The notes beneath the pieces were generated by a model. It saw only the letters and a program-made list of their open reading frames with translations, made no database searches and was not told where the DNA came from. Positions 27,513-37,017 of a DNA stretch of 53,524 nucleotides are shown here, piece after piece; the stretch's first letter is position 1; each line of letters begins with the position of its first letter. Source of the stretch: a virus (taxonomy: Duplodnaviria > Caudoviricetes); the IMG/VR virus record IMGVR_UViG_3300038365_000209, positions 1 to 53,524 of that record; one strand, 5' to 3'. A program made the translations under genes and the position numbers.

Positions 27513-28265
27513 TTAATCGGTCAAAATCGGCTCCTGCTGCCCTTTTACCCATTCATCATCACCGTATTTGTAATAACCCTGATAGGTCTTTCGGTTTCCC
27601 AAAATATATTGAATCGTGGAAATTGCAAAGTCCGTGCCTTTCCTGTTTTTGAAGCCTTCCGCTTTCAAAGCCTCGCAAATGTTTTTCATGGTTGATCCGG
27701 AATCGCGCAGTTCAAAGATGCGCTTTACCAGCGGCACTTCCGGCTCATTGATAACGAGCGCTCCATTCGACACTTTATAGCCGTATGGAGCCTTCCCACC
27801 AGAATAGCCGCCCTTTGCGGATTTTATAGCCCTTCCACCCGCTGTCCTGCATTTGATGTTTTCTCGCTCAACCTCAGCAATGACAGCAAGAAAGTTTTCC
27901 AGAATCATTGAAGTAACCGCGTCGCCCGTGTTGATGCTCTCTGTGGCGCTTACCAGCTTTATATCGCGCTTTATCAGTTCCAGCTTATAGGCATAAAACA
28001 GGTTAATGTCCCTGGCTATGCGGTCGGTCTTTGCTACAACAACCATTTCAATCGGCGGATTCTTGATCGCTCCTGAAAGCAGCCTATTAAATTCAGGGCG
28101 ATTATCTTTTGCCCCGCTGATTGTATCAACAAACCAATCTGTAATTTCAATACTGTTTTTTGAGCAATAATCGTTAATGATTTTCTTTTGTGATTCAATT
28201 CCGAATTTATCTTCATTTGCTTGTTCCAGCGTGGACACTCGGCAATATGCAACAGCCTGTTTCAT
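27513..28265 (-). CDS. Second short serine recombinase (resolvase + recombinase domains)
   Basis: YCRVSTLEQ, DRIARD, GGKAPYGY, TIQYILGN; 250 aa. Confidence 0.9.
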   Translation of the reverse strand: MKQAVAYCRVSTLEQANEDKFGIESQKKIINDYCSKNSIEITDWFVDTISGAKDNRPEFNRLLSGAIKNPPIEMVVVAKTDRIARDINLFYAYKLELIKRDIKLVSATESINTGDAVTSMILENFLAVIAEVERENIKCRTAGGRAIKSAKGGYSGGKAPYGYKVSNGALVINEPEVPLVKRIFELRDSGSTMKNICEALKAEGFKNRKGTDFAISTIQYILGNRKTYQGYYKYGDDEWVKGQQEPILTD

Positions 28266-28280
28266 GGTGGCTTCTCTCCT

Positions 28281-28590
28281 TTACGAATACATATTATCGT
28301 AATTACGGATAAAAGTCAATACTTTTTTGTAAATTAATTTTTAAAAAGCCCCGAAAAGGGCCTTTTTTATTTTTGTGAGTAGATTCGGGGCTGACCGACG
28401 GCCGTGGTGTGGCGCGTGTAGCAGGGGCCGGGTGGGTGCCAGCACATGGACGGATGGGGCGAGGCGGCAAAAGTGGTGCTAAAAATCATGCACAAATCAG
28501 CCGCTTCAAATTGTGCATTACTACATATTTACGAATAATCTTGATTATTTTACGAAAGTCCATTGACTTATTACGAATAATCATTATAAT
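28281..28590. promoter_or_regulatory. Divergent promoters sharing TTACGA(AT) boxes
   Basis: - strand TTGACT-17-TAATAT (28319-28291); + strand TTGACT-16-TATAAT (28563-28590); TTACGA at 28281, inverted at 28297, direct at 28529, 28550, 28571. Confidence 0.65.
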
Positions 28591-28633
28591 AGTATTTGTA
28601 ATCAAATAGAGTCACGGCCATAGGCTAGGCAAT

Positions 28634-29035
28634 ATGAAAGGAAGTATTGGTATGATGAAATCAGAGCTTGAAGCGCTCACCATGAGGAGCGGCGAAGAAC
28701 TGCCATGGATGGCCTTTGAGGCCGCAGAGCGCCACTACATGAGCGACAACGTGTATCACGAGCGCAACAACGCGCACGGCATAGATGAAACCAAGCAGGA
28801 GTTTGCACGTCGGGTATTTGGCGGCAAGGTCAACACGCTACGCACGTTTGCGCTGAAGCTGGTGCAGGAAGCAATCCGTGAGAATGAGTATTGCCTGCGC
28901 GGTTGCAGAGTGCACGAAGATAAGGCTGAAATGGACCGCATGAGCCGTCTCATCGCCGAGCAGACCGTATGGGAATGCTGCGGAGGGCACACAGAGTACA
29001 ACATGCAAAAGTACGTCATGGCCCGGATAAAATGA
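28634..29035 (+). CDS. Hypothetical protein (first gene of + strand island)
   Basis: ORF downstream of promoter; no recognised family. Confidence 0.65.
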   Translation: MKGSIGMMKSELEALTMRSGEELPWMAFEAAERHYMSDNVYHERNNAHGIDETKQEFARRVFGGKVNTLRTFALKLVQEAIRENEYCLRGCRVHEDKAEMDRMSRLIAEQTVWECCGGHTEYNMQKYVMARIK

Positions 29036-29116
29036 TCTTGGCCGCGCCTGGCGGGCCCCGCGCAGTGGCCGCCACCATATCACGCCGGCGGGCGGAAAAC
29101 GCAGAAAGGAACGATT

Positions 29117-29419
29117 ATGAGCAAGTATTATATCTATTATCCACGCGATTTCGCGAACGAGTATTCCTTGATCCGCGTCGATGATGCGGCGCAAGAGTCC
29201 CGGCTACTTGGCTGGTATGAGCGGCACAGCACGGAAGAAAATGATCTGCACCGTATCAGTGTGCAGGCGATGCGGGGGAAAATTTCCAATGAGCGCTACG
29301 CCAGGAAGCATGATCAAGCTTTCAGCGGCTACGGCGATACGAAGCCGGAGACGGTGGACGAATTTCTATTCCCGTGGTGGGCAGACAGGCAAGACGAAAA
29401 AGAAGGGGCCGCCTGCTGA
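29117..29419 (+). CDS. Hypothetical protein
   Basis: GAAAGGA RBS; YYIYYPRDFANEY N-terminus. Confidence 0.7.
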   Translation: MSKYYIYYPRDFANEYSLIRVDDAAQESRLLGWYERHSTEENDLHRISVQAMRGKISNERYARKHDQAFSGYGDTKPETVDEFLFPWWADRQDEKEGAAC

Positions 29420-29520
29420 GCAGAGCAGACGGCCCGAAGCGCAGACCGAGAGTAAGCAATAAACCCGGCTGCATGGTAATTGTACCACAGCCGACGACGA
29501 AAAGAAAGAGGTACATTATC

Positions 29521-29910
29521 ATGAAAACAATTGAAGAATTACGCGAATCCATTAAAGCCGAGCCGGCGCGGAGCGCATAGAATAAAGGCGTCAAGGCCTA
29601 CGCGCTGGAACTGGTGGACGGTCTGGAGGAAGCTATCAGCGGCGGATATTTCAGCGCCGGCAAGCTCGCGGACCGCGCCGCGCTCAAGGCGCAACTACTC
29701 AATGGCGCGCGCGACTGGCAGCAATACAGCGATGGCGGATGCACGCTGGTCTATGATGCGGACATAGCCGAGCGGCTATGTCCTCCGTCCGAGCTTAAAA
29801 AATGCAGGGGCGGAGACTGGGCCCCAAACCGCCGCGAAACATGGCTTGACGTGCAAGCCCGCGCCCTGAATCAGGCGGCGCGCATGGTCTGCCGCCTTGC
29901 AAGGTCCTAG
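29521..29910 (+). pseudogene. Phage protein interrupted by in-frame TAG at 29578-29580
   Basis: MKTIEELRESIKAEPARSA*NKGVKAYALELVDGL... continues in the same frame to LLNGARDWQQYSDGG...WLDVQARAL. Confidence 0.7.
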
Positions 29911-29968
29911 CCGCCCAGCGGGTCACGCTTGGCCCGCTTCCACAAATCAAAATCAGGAGGTAAAGTCT

Positions 29969-30163
29969 ATGAAAAGGCCGTACTGGTACCATGAGCCCGG
30001 CGAGCGCGTCCGCCTGTCGGAAAGAGTGCTGCACCCGGAATTTCGCGGGCAGATCGGAACCGTAAAGCGCACTATAAAATCGCGGCAGATGGTAGCCGTG
30101 ATCCTCGACGGCGGGGCAGAATACGATGCCCGCCCGGAGAATTTGGAGGCGGTGAAGGGATGA
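29969..30163 (+). CDS. Small SH3/KOW-like protein
   Basis: AGGAGG RBS; PGERVRL...GQIGTVK...VAVILDGG. Confidence 0.6.
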   Translation: MKRPYWYHEPGERVRLSERVLHPEFRGQIGTVKRTIKSRQMVAVILDGGAEYDARPENLEAVKG

Positions 30164-30391
30164 GCACGGAAGAAGCCGTCGAGGCGTTTTACCGCTGTTG
30201 CCAGTGCCGGCGAAACGGAGGGCAAAAACCGCCGTGCGAAAATCCATGCGCGCCGCTCTGCCGCCCAGACGATCCGGAACGGAAGGAGGCGAGGCCATGA
30301 GCCCCGGCTGCTGTCTGGTGGCGCTGCTGTTGCTGCCCTGGATGATCATCATGGACTTGTGCAAGCGCGGAGGATTCAAAAACTAAATAGG

Positions 30392-30425
30392 CGGGCCGGG
30401 AGATTGAACCCCCGGCCCTTTCCTT
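30392..30425 (+). terminator. Terminator closing the + strand island
   Basis: GGGCCGGG...CCCGGCCC followed by TTT. Confidence 0.6.
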
Positions 30426-30669
30426 TGCCCTGTTATGTTAATGCTTTAACACTTATCGTCTACAATCGCGTGTAAACGTTTTTCCCCTGCAATAGTATAG
30501 TTTCACGTTTTCCGCATTTCGTCGCGCCCTGCGACGCCGTGGCGAACGGAATCGGCTGAATTACGCACTCCCCGAACAAGGAATCCCGCCCGCGGGCCCG
30601 GAAAGCCCACGAGCGGGAAATTTTTATGCCCAGACAGCGGTTCAGCGGGCCGCCCTATGGCGGAAAACT

Positions 30670-30823
30670 GTCCTGCAAATTCGCGCCGGCGTCCTGCAAA
30701 TGGCGAAACCGTCCTGCAAACGGTTGAAAGCTCTTGCCCGCGAGGCTAAAAGCAATTTCGTCCTGCAAGCCCGGCAGTCTTGCAAAAACTGTCCTGCAAC
30801 CATAAGGCCAAACCGTCCTGCAA
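30670..30823. repeat. GTCCTGCAA direct-repeat cluster
   Basis: Exact copies at 30670, 30691, 30711, 30760, 30791, 30815; variant GTCTTGCAA at 30777. Confidence 0.85.
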
Positions 30824-30835
30824 GCTGGGCGGCGG

Positions 30836-31486
30836 CTACTTTTCGTGCACTTCCTCCGGCAGAAGGTCAATCACGGTCTTTGCCTCGGCCCCCGTGATCT
30901 GTCGCGGCGCGTCCATATGGACATTTACGTCAAGCGGCTGCTGGTCGGAGAGGCCCCAAAGCGACTTCAGGAAGAAGATGCCGGCTGCCGGGTTGCCCTC
31001 GCGCTGAAGCGTTGATTGCTCCAAAATAGTGAAAATTACTGTTCTCACTTTTTGCAGAACTGCCGCACATTTTGAACTGAGACTTTCCTCTGCCCAAAGC
31101 GTTGAAGGAGTCACGTCCAGCCACACCGACAATAAATGCCATGTTGGAATTATGCCGTTCTCCATGCAGAAGTTAATATACTTGCCACAATCTTCCGAAA
31201 GTTCCGGTGCTTTTTCGTCGGTGAAGATTCTTTCACAATATCCCCTGCTTTTATGTCTTTTCCCAACTTCGAGGAAAAAAGTCCCCATCGCATTCATGGT
31301 GCGTTCCTGCGATTTAAAGGCGGCACTCGTGGATTTCTCCTTCGGGTGCTTTGCTCTTCCAAAGGCGGGGTCTTTCTGCAAACGGCTTTCCTTCTGTGCG
31401 AGATTCTCTAATTTCTCCATATCTTCAGGGGAAGGAAAGATGTCTTTCTGTAATCTTGGCTTCCCCTTATCTCTTACTGTATCCAT
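30836..31486 (-). CDS. terS: Terminase small subunit (P22 gp3-like DNA-packaging protein)
   Basis: YINFCMENGIIPT..LSVWLDV.PSTL ... GNPAAGIFFLKSLWGLSD; start moved to ATG 31486. Confidence 0.7.
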   Translation of the reverse strand: MDTVRDKGKPRLQKDIFPSPEDMEKLENLAQKESRLQKDPAFGRAKHPKEKSTSAAFKSQERTMNAMGTFFLEVGKRHKSRGYCERIFTDEKAPELSEDCGKYINFCMENGIIPTWHLLSVWLDVTPSTLWAEESLSSKCAAVLQKVRTVIFTILEQSTLQREGNPAAGIFFLKSLWGLSDQQPLDVNVHMDAPRQITGAEAKTVIDLLPEEVHEK

Positions 31487-31490
31487 AGGA

Positions 31491-31745
31491 TTACCCCCCC
31501 ACCCCTTCCTTAAATGGTTTCCCCTCCCCCACGCTGACGATCCTTTCAATCCTTTCTCCGGGGATAAATCTTTGGGGTAAAGGGGCAATAATATTTCGTG
31601 CTCCGCAACGGTCGCAGGTGATGTCTGCATACCCATCACCGCCCATGTAGATCACTGCATGGCGTTTTCCGTTACGGATTTCGATACATTTGTTTTCTGT
31701 CCATGCGGCGAGAATTTTTCCGCAGTGCTGACAGCGGATATACAT
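31491..31745 (-). CDS. Com-like zinc-finger protein
   Basis: IRCQHCGKILA...ITCDRCGARN; AGGAGG RBS before ATG 31745. Confidence 0.7.
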   Translation of the reverse strand: MYIRCQHCGKILAAWTENKCIEIRNGKRHAVIYMGGDGYADITCDRCGARNIIAPLPQRFIPGERIERIVSVGEGKPFKEGVGG

Positions 31746-31890
31746 GCCCGGATTCCTCCTTTCCAACATCTCAATTCCGATTTCGCTCACCGCTTTCTCC
31801 TTCTTGCAACAGATATCAAAAAACGGATGAATCCCTTGGGATCGTTTCCCTGGGTGTTCATCCGTTCCTTCTTCCCTCTCTTGGGGACTG

Positions 31891-31949
31891 ATTATATCAT
31901 ACCACACCTAAAAGCGGCTGGGGGCGGCTTTTTTAGGCTGAAATAGGCT
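31891..31949 (-). promoter_or_regulatory. Activator-type promoter: -10 plus four GGCT boxes at 10-bp period
   Basis: TATAAT 31896-31891; GGCT at 31916, 31926, 31936, 31946; no consensus -35. Confidence 0.65.
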
Positions 31950-32187
31950 TTTTTATTTCTGCCTGGGTAAAATTTCTTTTCACGATTAGTTACTCCCGGA
32001 CCTGCGGGTCTGCCGACCGGCTTTCCTCTTTGCAAATGCAGAATCTCCCGAACGGCGTTCCGCCGTCACCAGGGATGCAATTAAGGAAATGGTTTCCGAG
32101 GCAACAGAAAATCCCGGCTGGGATTTCTCCTAACCGGGATTAAGGTCAGTGCTTTTAATAGGCTCTCTCCGGAGCTTTCGCCCTTGA

Positions 32188-32294
32188 TTATAATAACACA
32201 GCCAAATTCCGGCTGCAAGTGGCTGAATGTGGCTTTTTTAGGCTCAACGCGGCTGAATGTGGCTCAGGGCGGCTAAAGTAGGCTCAAATAGGCT
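32188..32294 (-). promoter_or_regulatory. Activator-type promoter: -10 plus nine GGCT boxes at exact 10-bp period
   Basis: GGCT at 32211, 32221 ... 32291; TATAAT 32193-32188, 17 nt from the first box. Confidence 0.75.
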
Positions 32295-32615
32295 GTCTGC
32301 AAAGCACATAGAAGTCCGTCCAACCCGCATGAATACTGAATTTTCTCTGTCAAGAAGAAATTCGTTTCAATTGCAACATTTTCATCGTTTGCCCCCGTGC
32401 GACTCCCTCTCAAATGCTTTTAATGGCTTTGAGGGCTTGCCTTGCGTAAGGATCGGTTCCGTACTCCGCCACGCTGACCAGCGCTGCAAGCTCCCGGGCG
32501 TCGGTATAGGCCATTTTATTGTTGGGCTCGTCTCTTTTGCGGTTGAGTTCCATGCGGGCCAAATAGCGTTTCGCGGATTCAAGCGTCATGGCGCGTCCTC
32601 CGGGCGGTGCGGCGG

Positions 32616-33158
32616 TCATGATGTGGGCTCCGTACTGTAATTGTCGTTGCGATACTCGCTTTTAAGGCGCAGGCAAGTAGCGCACCTGATACCCTGAAGA
32701 GCTCCCTCCGCTTCGCACCCGTCACACGTCAGCGGCTTGTTTTCCGGGGCTGTGTGCCGCACCTTATCCGAGTAGCACAACGGGCAGGCTTTGCATCGGT
32801 CGATCGGCTCGTCGTTGTTGTCGCCGTAAATTTGGTATGCGCATCCGTCTCCATCTGGTCGATAACAAGGAGGCGTTATTTTTGCTCCGCATCTCTGGTC
32901 AGCCGGAATGATTTTCCCGCTACTTGTCTGCCGATAGACAATTCCGGAGCAGTTGGTACAAGGCTCGTTTTCTGGGGCGGAGCGGCGGGCGGAGATATAC
33001 TGGCGGAGCTTCGCGGCATCATCCTCTGGGATGCGGCACAGGCCGCTTCTCGGTGGGTCGTCGGAATACATTGGCCCGGTATTTTTCATGTCGGCTACAT
33101 TGAGCATGGATTCCAAAATGTCCAGTGCTTCCGATTCCTGCGCTTTCAGTTCTTCCAT
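32616..33158 (-). CDS. Cys-rich hypothetical protein
   Basis: Several CxxC pairs, coupled to neighbours. Confidence 0.5.
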   Translation of the reverse strand: MEELKAQESEALDILESMLNVADMKNTGPMYSDDPPRSGLCRIPEDDAAKLRQYISARRSAPENEPCTNCSGIVYRQTSSGKIIPADQRCGAKITPPCYRPDGDGCAYQIYGDNNDEPIDRCKACPLCYSDKVRHTAPENKPLTCDGCEAEGALQGIRCATCLRLKSEYRNDNYSTEPTS

Positions 33159-33499
33159 CAGCTTTTCGCCCCCTCGCAAAGTGAATATTCTTCCTCGCAC
33201 TGCTCACAAGGGAGATAGAGATTCCCGAACACCTCCAAAGTTTCCTTGTAGAATCCGCAGAAACCGTCTTTGCGGTTCGGGCAATCCATGCAGTCCGTTG
33301 TGTCCTTGATTTTCATTTCAGCAGCCTCCCAACTTCATTTGCAGCGCCCCCGTCGCAAGTTGAGCGGCGCGGTGGCATGCCCTTAAATTTTTGCACTTTC
33401 GCAATTTTGGATTTTCTTCAAGCTCGAAAATATAACGCCCCTCCGAGTTGTAAAACGGGCAGCCGCTGCAAAAAGTGTATGTTTGCGGGTTCCAGTCCA

Positions 33500-33988
33500 T
33501 CATCCTTCCTCCTTCATGTTCCTGATTTTGTCCATCGCCTCGTATGCCTTATGCCGCACATATGACTCGCTGCGCCCGACAAGAGCAGCAACTTCCTTCC
33601 ACCCCTTTCCCTGCCATACAAGGCGCTGGGCAGCGTTCTGCGGCCCTATGTACGCCAAGTCTAATGCGTCTCGGTCCCTCTGGTCGATGCAGGCAAGCCC
33701 CCTGCGAATCCATTCCCGGATGCGGCGGAGCTCGTCGATGTGGGAGAGGCGGCTGTCAATCTCCTGCTGGAAGAGCGTGTCCCGGTCCTCGGATGCGAGG
33801 CGGGCAGTCTTGTCCCCATGCTTCCCGCCATTTTCCACAACCACTTCCTGCAGTTGCGCCGCCGTCTCTCCCACCTTGTCCCGCTGCTCTTCGCAATTTC
33901 GGATCGTCGCCCATTCCTCCGCAATGAGGCGGGGGATGTCGTGGTAAATCCGCAGGGCATAAATAACATCGTCGTATTTTGTCTGCAT
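33500..33988 (-). CDS. ArpU/RinA-like late transcription activator
   Basis: GDKTARLA...LACIDQRDRDALDLAYI...WKEVAALVGRSESYVRH; near end of early region. Confidence 0.7.
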   Translation of the reverse strand: MQTKYDDVIYALRIYHDIPRLIAEEWATIRNCEEQRDKVGETAAQLQEVVVENGGKHGDKTARLASEDRDTLFQQEIDSRLSHIDELRRIREWIRRGLACIDQRDRDALDLAYIGPQNAAQRLVWQGKGWKEVAALVGRSESYVRHKAYEAMDKIRNMKEEG

Positions 33989-34032
33989 CAAACCGCCTCG
34001 CTTTCCATAGGGCTTTGCCGTCACTACGTTGG

Positions 34033-34878
34033 CTATTCAAATTTCGTGTTTTCATCACATTGCGAATTTGCATCGACCTTATAGGTCTTTGAATCCGCGA
34101 CTTCCACAATGCAATCCATCACGCCATCAAATGGCGTGAAACCTCGCTTGATGCTTTCCCCAATGAGTTTTCCATCTTTGAGCGTAAACTTATTGCCGTG
34201 GCAATCGGTTAAAACCGAACCGTCTACCATTGTCTTTATGTAGGCATATTTCCCTACATAGTTCGGTTCTAAATCGTACTGCGGATATTCTGAAATAAAA
34301 TCTGCATAGACTTTCTGGGCGCACCTTTTCAAGGACATTAAAACGTCTGGCACAGTTTTTGACTGATAGTCTTGAATGACACCGCCCATTATCGCACACG
34401 GCCTATAAGAGAAGATGGCATACAGAAGTTCGTTGGTTGCATCTGGCATTGGAATAAAAGCGCTTTTGTTTCCAAACCCGCCGTCGTCAATCAAATAGCC
34501 GTTTACGTCTTTTCTCCATGCCTCGTCTTTTTCCGTCCGCTTCCACACACGTGTAAATTGCAGATTGAGGTACAAAAAATCATTAATTACAGCCGCAAGT
34601 TCCGACGGATAATGGAGCTTATTGTAAAATTCATCCTTTTGGTATTTTTGTTTGAAATCATAATATTTTGCGGCTCTGCTTGTATATCCGCGAATAACAG
34701 AGTTGCTCCCGAATTTGCATCTTGGAGATAAAAAGCTTCTGCATCTAAGACATTTTCCATCGGCATAAAAGGAACATTTATCAGCGCAGTCGCAGTATAT
34801 TTCATCTGCTTCTAATGGAGCTTCTTTCCCACCAAACAATGATTTGCCGCCGTATAGATCGACGTTTATTTTGTTCAT
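34033..34878 (-). CDS. Hypothetical protein (Cys-rich N-terminus)
   Basis: Long AT-richer ORF in early operon. Confidence 0.6.
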   Translation of the reverse strand: MNKINVDLYGGKSLFGGKEAPLEADEIYCDCADKCSFYADGKCLRCRSFLSPRCKFGSNSVIRGYTSRAAKYYDFKQKYQKDEFYNKLHYPSELAAVINDFLYLNLQFTRVWKRTEKDEAWRKDVNGYLIDDGGFGNKSAFIPMPDATNELLYAIFSYRPCAIMGGVIQDYQSKTVPDVLMSLKRCAQKVYADFISEYPQYDLEPNYVGKYAYIKTMVDGSVLTDCHGNKFTLKDGKLIGESIKRGFTPFDGVMDCIVEVADSKTYKVDANSQCDENTKFE

Positions 34879-34898
34879 ACTTTCTCGCCTCGCTTCCG

Positions 34899-35171
34899 CT
34901 ATTTCTCGGGCATCTGGTAGACCCCGTAATGCCAGTCTTGACATCCGTATGAGCTCATTCCGCTCCCGGAAAAGTGATTGCTATACTGAAATTGGTCCTC
35001 AATCTCGTCCAGAATTTCAAGGCAGCGGGATTCGGCTTCGTAGCGTCCAATCTCCGTCCCACCTTTGTAGAATGGCTCGTCGTAAATCATGAAGAAGCCG
35101 TTCCCCTCCAAAATGTGAACTTTCCCTAATGGGACGAGGTTTGCCTTGTCCTGCGAGCGAATCAACATCAT
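34899..35171 (-). CDS. Hypothetical phage protein
   Basis: IRSQDK ... YQMPEK termini. Confidence 0.65.
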   Translation of the reverse strand: MMLIRSQDKANLVPLGKVHILEGNGFFMIYDEPFYKGGTEIGRYEAESRCLEILDEIEDQFQYSNHFSGSGMSSYGCQDWHYGVYQMPEK

Positions 35172-35740
35172 GGTTTCTCACACCTTTCAAATTCAATCAC
35201 CCATACCCACGGCGAGGCTTTCCAGCCGTATTTGTCGAGGTCGGCTTTCTTGATGGTGCTGTTCCACAAAAGCGCGAAATCGTCCAGCTTATTGCCCGTT
35301 ATTTCACTGAACGGATGCCCTTCACGATTTACTCCGCCCTCTGTAATCTCTTGCAATCTCTCTGCCCGAACGTCGGTCACACGGAGAAAAATGCGGGCGG
35401 CCTCGCGGGGCATGTGGATGGATGGGTGCCACCTGTTTTGGTCGAGTGCATACTGATGGATTTCGTCTTGCGGCTCCGCTTGCGCCCGATAAATGTATTT
35501 TCCCATGGAAATATCTCCGAGCCGTTCGTACCATGTTTCCCTCACATAGAGAACGTCTCCGGGCTGGTAGGGTGGCTTAATCACCCGAGCCCATCCTTCC
35601 CTCCACGTTCCATCCGCTTCGATAAAAGTAGGTTTTGCAAATTGATCTGTTGGCTGCGGCTTCACAACCCGTCTTGTTGTGGTTTTCCTGCCGTTCAGAA
35701 TAACCTGCACCATTTCGGTGTTAAAAAGTATTGGCTTCAT
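35168..35740 (-). CDS. ASCH/PUA-like phage protein
   Basis: MKPILFNTEMV...GRKTTTRR...WHPSIHMPREAARIFL...PWVWVIEF. Confidence 0.75.
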   Translation of the reverse strand: MKPILFNTEMVQVILNGRKTTTRRVVKPQPTDQFAKPTFIEADGTWREGWARVIKPPYQPGDVLYVRETWYERLGDISMGKYIYRAQAEPQDEIHQYALDQNRWHPSIHMPREAARIFLRVTDVRAERLQEITEGGVNREGHPFSEITGNKLDDFALLWNSTIKKADLDKYGWKASPWVWVIEFERCEKP

Positions 35741-36150
35741 GGCTTCTCCCCCCTTTTCAGTCGCTTTCCTGTATAAGAATTTTCCGCGGAGCCCCGCACT
35801 GCGGGCAGTACCGGTTTTCGAGGTACAATCCGGTGTTTTCCTTAAACGTTCCGTTCGCATGAAATTTTGTGGTGATCCCGACGTGTACCTCCTGGCTAAG
35901 TATGGTCTTTTTCCCCGGGGCCTCCCCGCAATGGCAGGTCGGGATATATTTTACGAGTTTCGTTTTGGATTCCTCCTTCAAAGGCAAAATTCAACCGTTC
36001 CGTCCTCATTTTTTGTCCAATCCAAGCCCGCCGCCTCATACGCCAGATCGGACCGGCTCAGCAAGGCCGGAGCCCCCGCAGTTTCCACGATTGCCTGCCT
36101 CACCAGTTCCCGGGCGTTAGCCTGATCCGCGGGAGATAGGTCAGCATATT

Positions 36151-36429
36151 TCATGCCCATGCTTCTTCCGGGCCGTCGCGGGTCTTGGCGTCCTCCAATC
36201 TATAAATCAGCCGATCCAAATACCACCGGCATTTCCGCAGGTCTTCGGCGCCGCCCTTGCGTTTCCAGCGCCAAAGGTATTTGATCGCGCATCCGGTACA
36301 GAACCCCTCGAAGCCGTCAAGGCCGGTTACTGCGGATTCTATGGCATCGATGCACTCGATTTTCCCGGCGTTGTAATGGGCCAGATGATTGACCGTTTCC
36401 ATATCAGCAGACTTTCTCCTTTCATTCAT
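36151..36429 (-). CDS. DUF3310-like protein
   Basis: VNHLAHY..GKIECIDAI...AIKYLWRWKRKGG.EDLRKC.WYL. Confidence 0.8.
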   Translation of the reverse strand: MNERRKSADMETVNHLAHYNAGKIECIDAIESAVTGLDGFEGFCTGCAIKYLWRWKRKGGAEDLRKCRWYLDRLIYRLEDAKTRDGPEEAWA

Positions 36430-37017
36430 CGTTTTTGTCCGTGGGTCGTATTATGGTCGCAGTTAAAAACGATTTTGTCAATTCAAGGGTCTGTGGCGGG
36501 GTAAACCCCTGCGCCAGACAAGATTTGTAAAATACCCCGCATGATTCCGCTATTGCGCTAATACCGTCTATAAGCTTTTTCAGTTCCGGATTCATTTTCT
36601 TACTCCCTTCATCCCTGCATAAACGATCATAGCGATAAGCTCCACAATGATTGTCAAAAGAACACCAAACCAAAAAGGATTCACGAACGTTTTAATCACG
36701 CCCCTTCGACTTTTCTGAATTTTTGCGTTCAGATTCATAGAAAATTCCGGCTCCGAACGCCATAGCGGCGATTTCTTCAATAACGCCCTGCGCTTCGTAG
36801 TACCATGAAATGCCGCGCGGGATTGCGCCCGTTGCGTCGTTCCATTCGTCGAAAATGGCGAGGGCGTCACTTTTCACAAACATTGGCTGGTGAGATTCTT
36901 TTCCGAGTTCAATGATTTTCCCCTCGTCCTGCGCTTGAAACAGCTCCGACAGGAGGGTAAGAGCCGATGCTGGATTCTCGGAATAGGCGTCACGCAGACG
37001 CGATAAAATGTCGCCCA

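Noticed and set aside
29578-29580. Genome-wide amber recoding
   Set aside because: TAG ends several ordinary genes and long genes are uninterrupted
28300-30660. Island as a recombinase-inverted segment
   Set aside because: No matching inverted TTACGAAT site found at the right side by eye; not formally excluded
30670-30823. GTCCTGCAA cluster as a CRISPR array
   Set aside because: Repeats are only 9 nt with irregular gaps and no hairpin
32211-32294. GGCT array as CRISPR or coding repeat
   Set aside because: 4-nt unit at 10-bp period is a protein-binding pattern; no supported ORF
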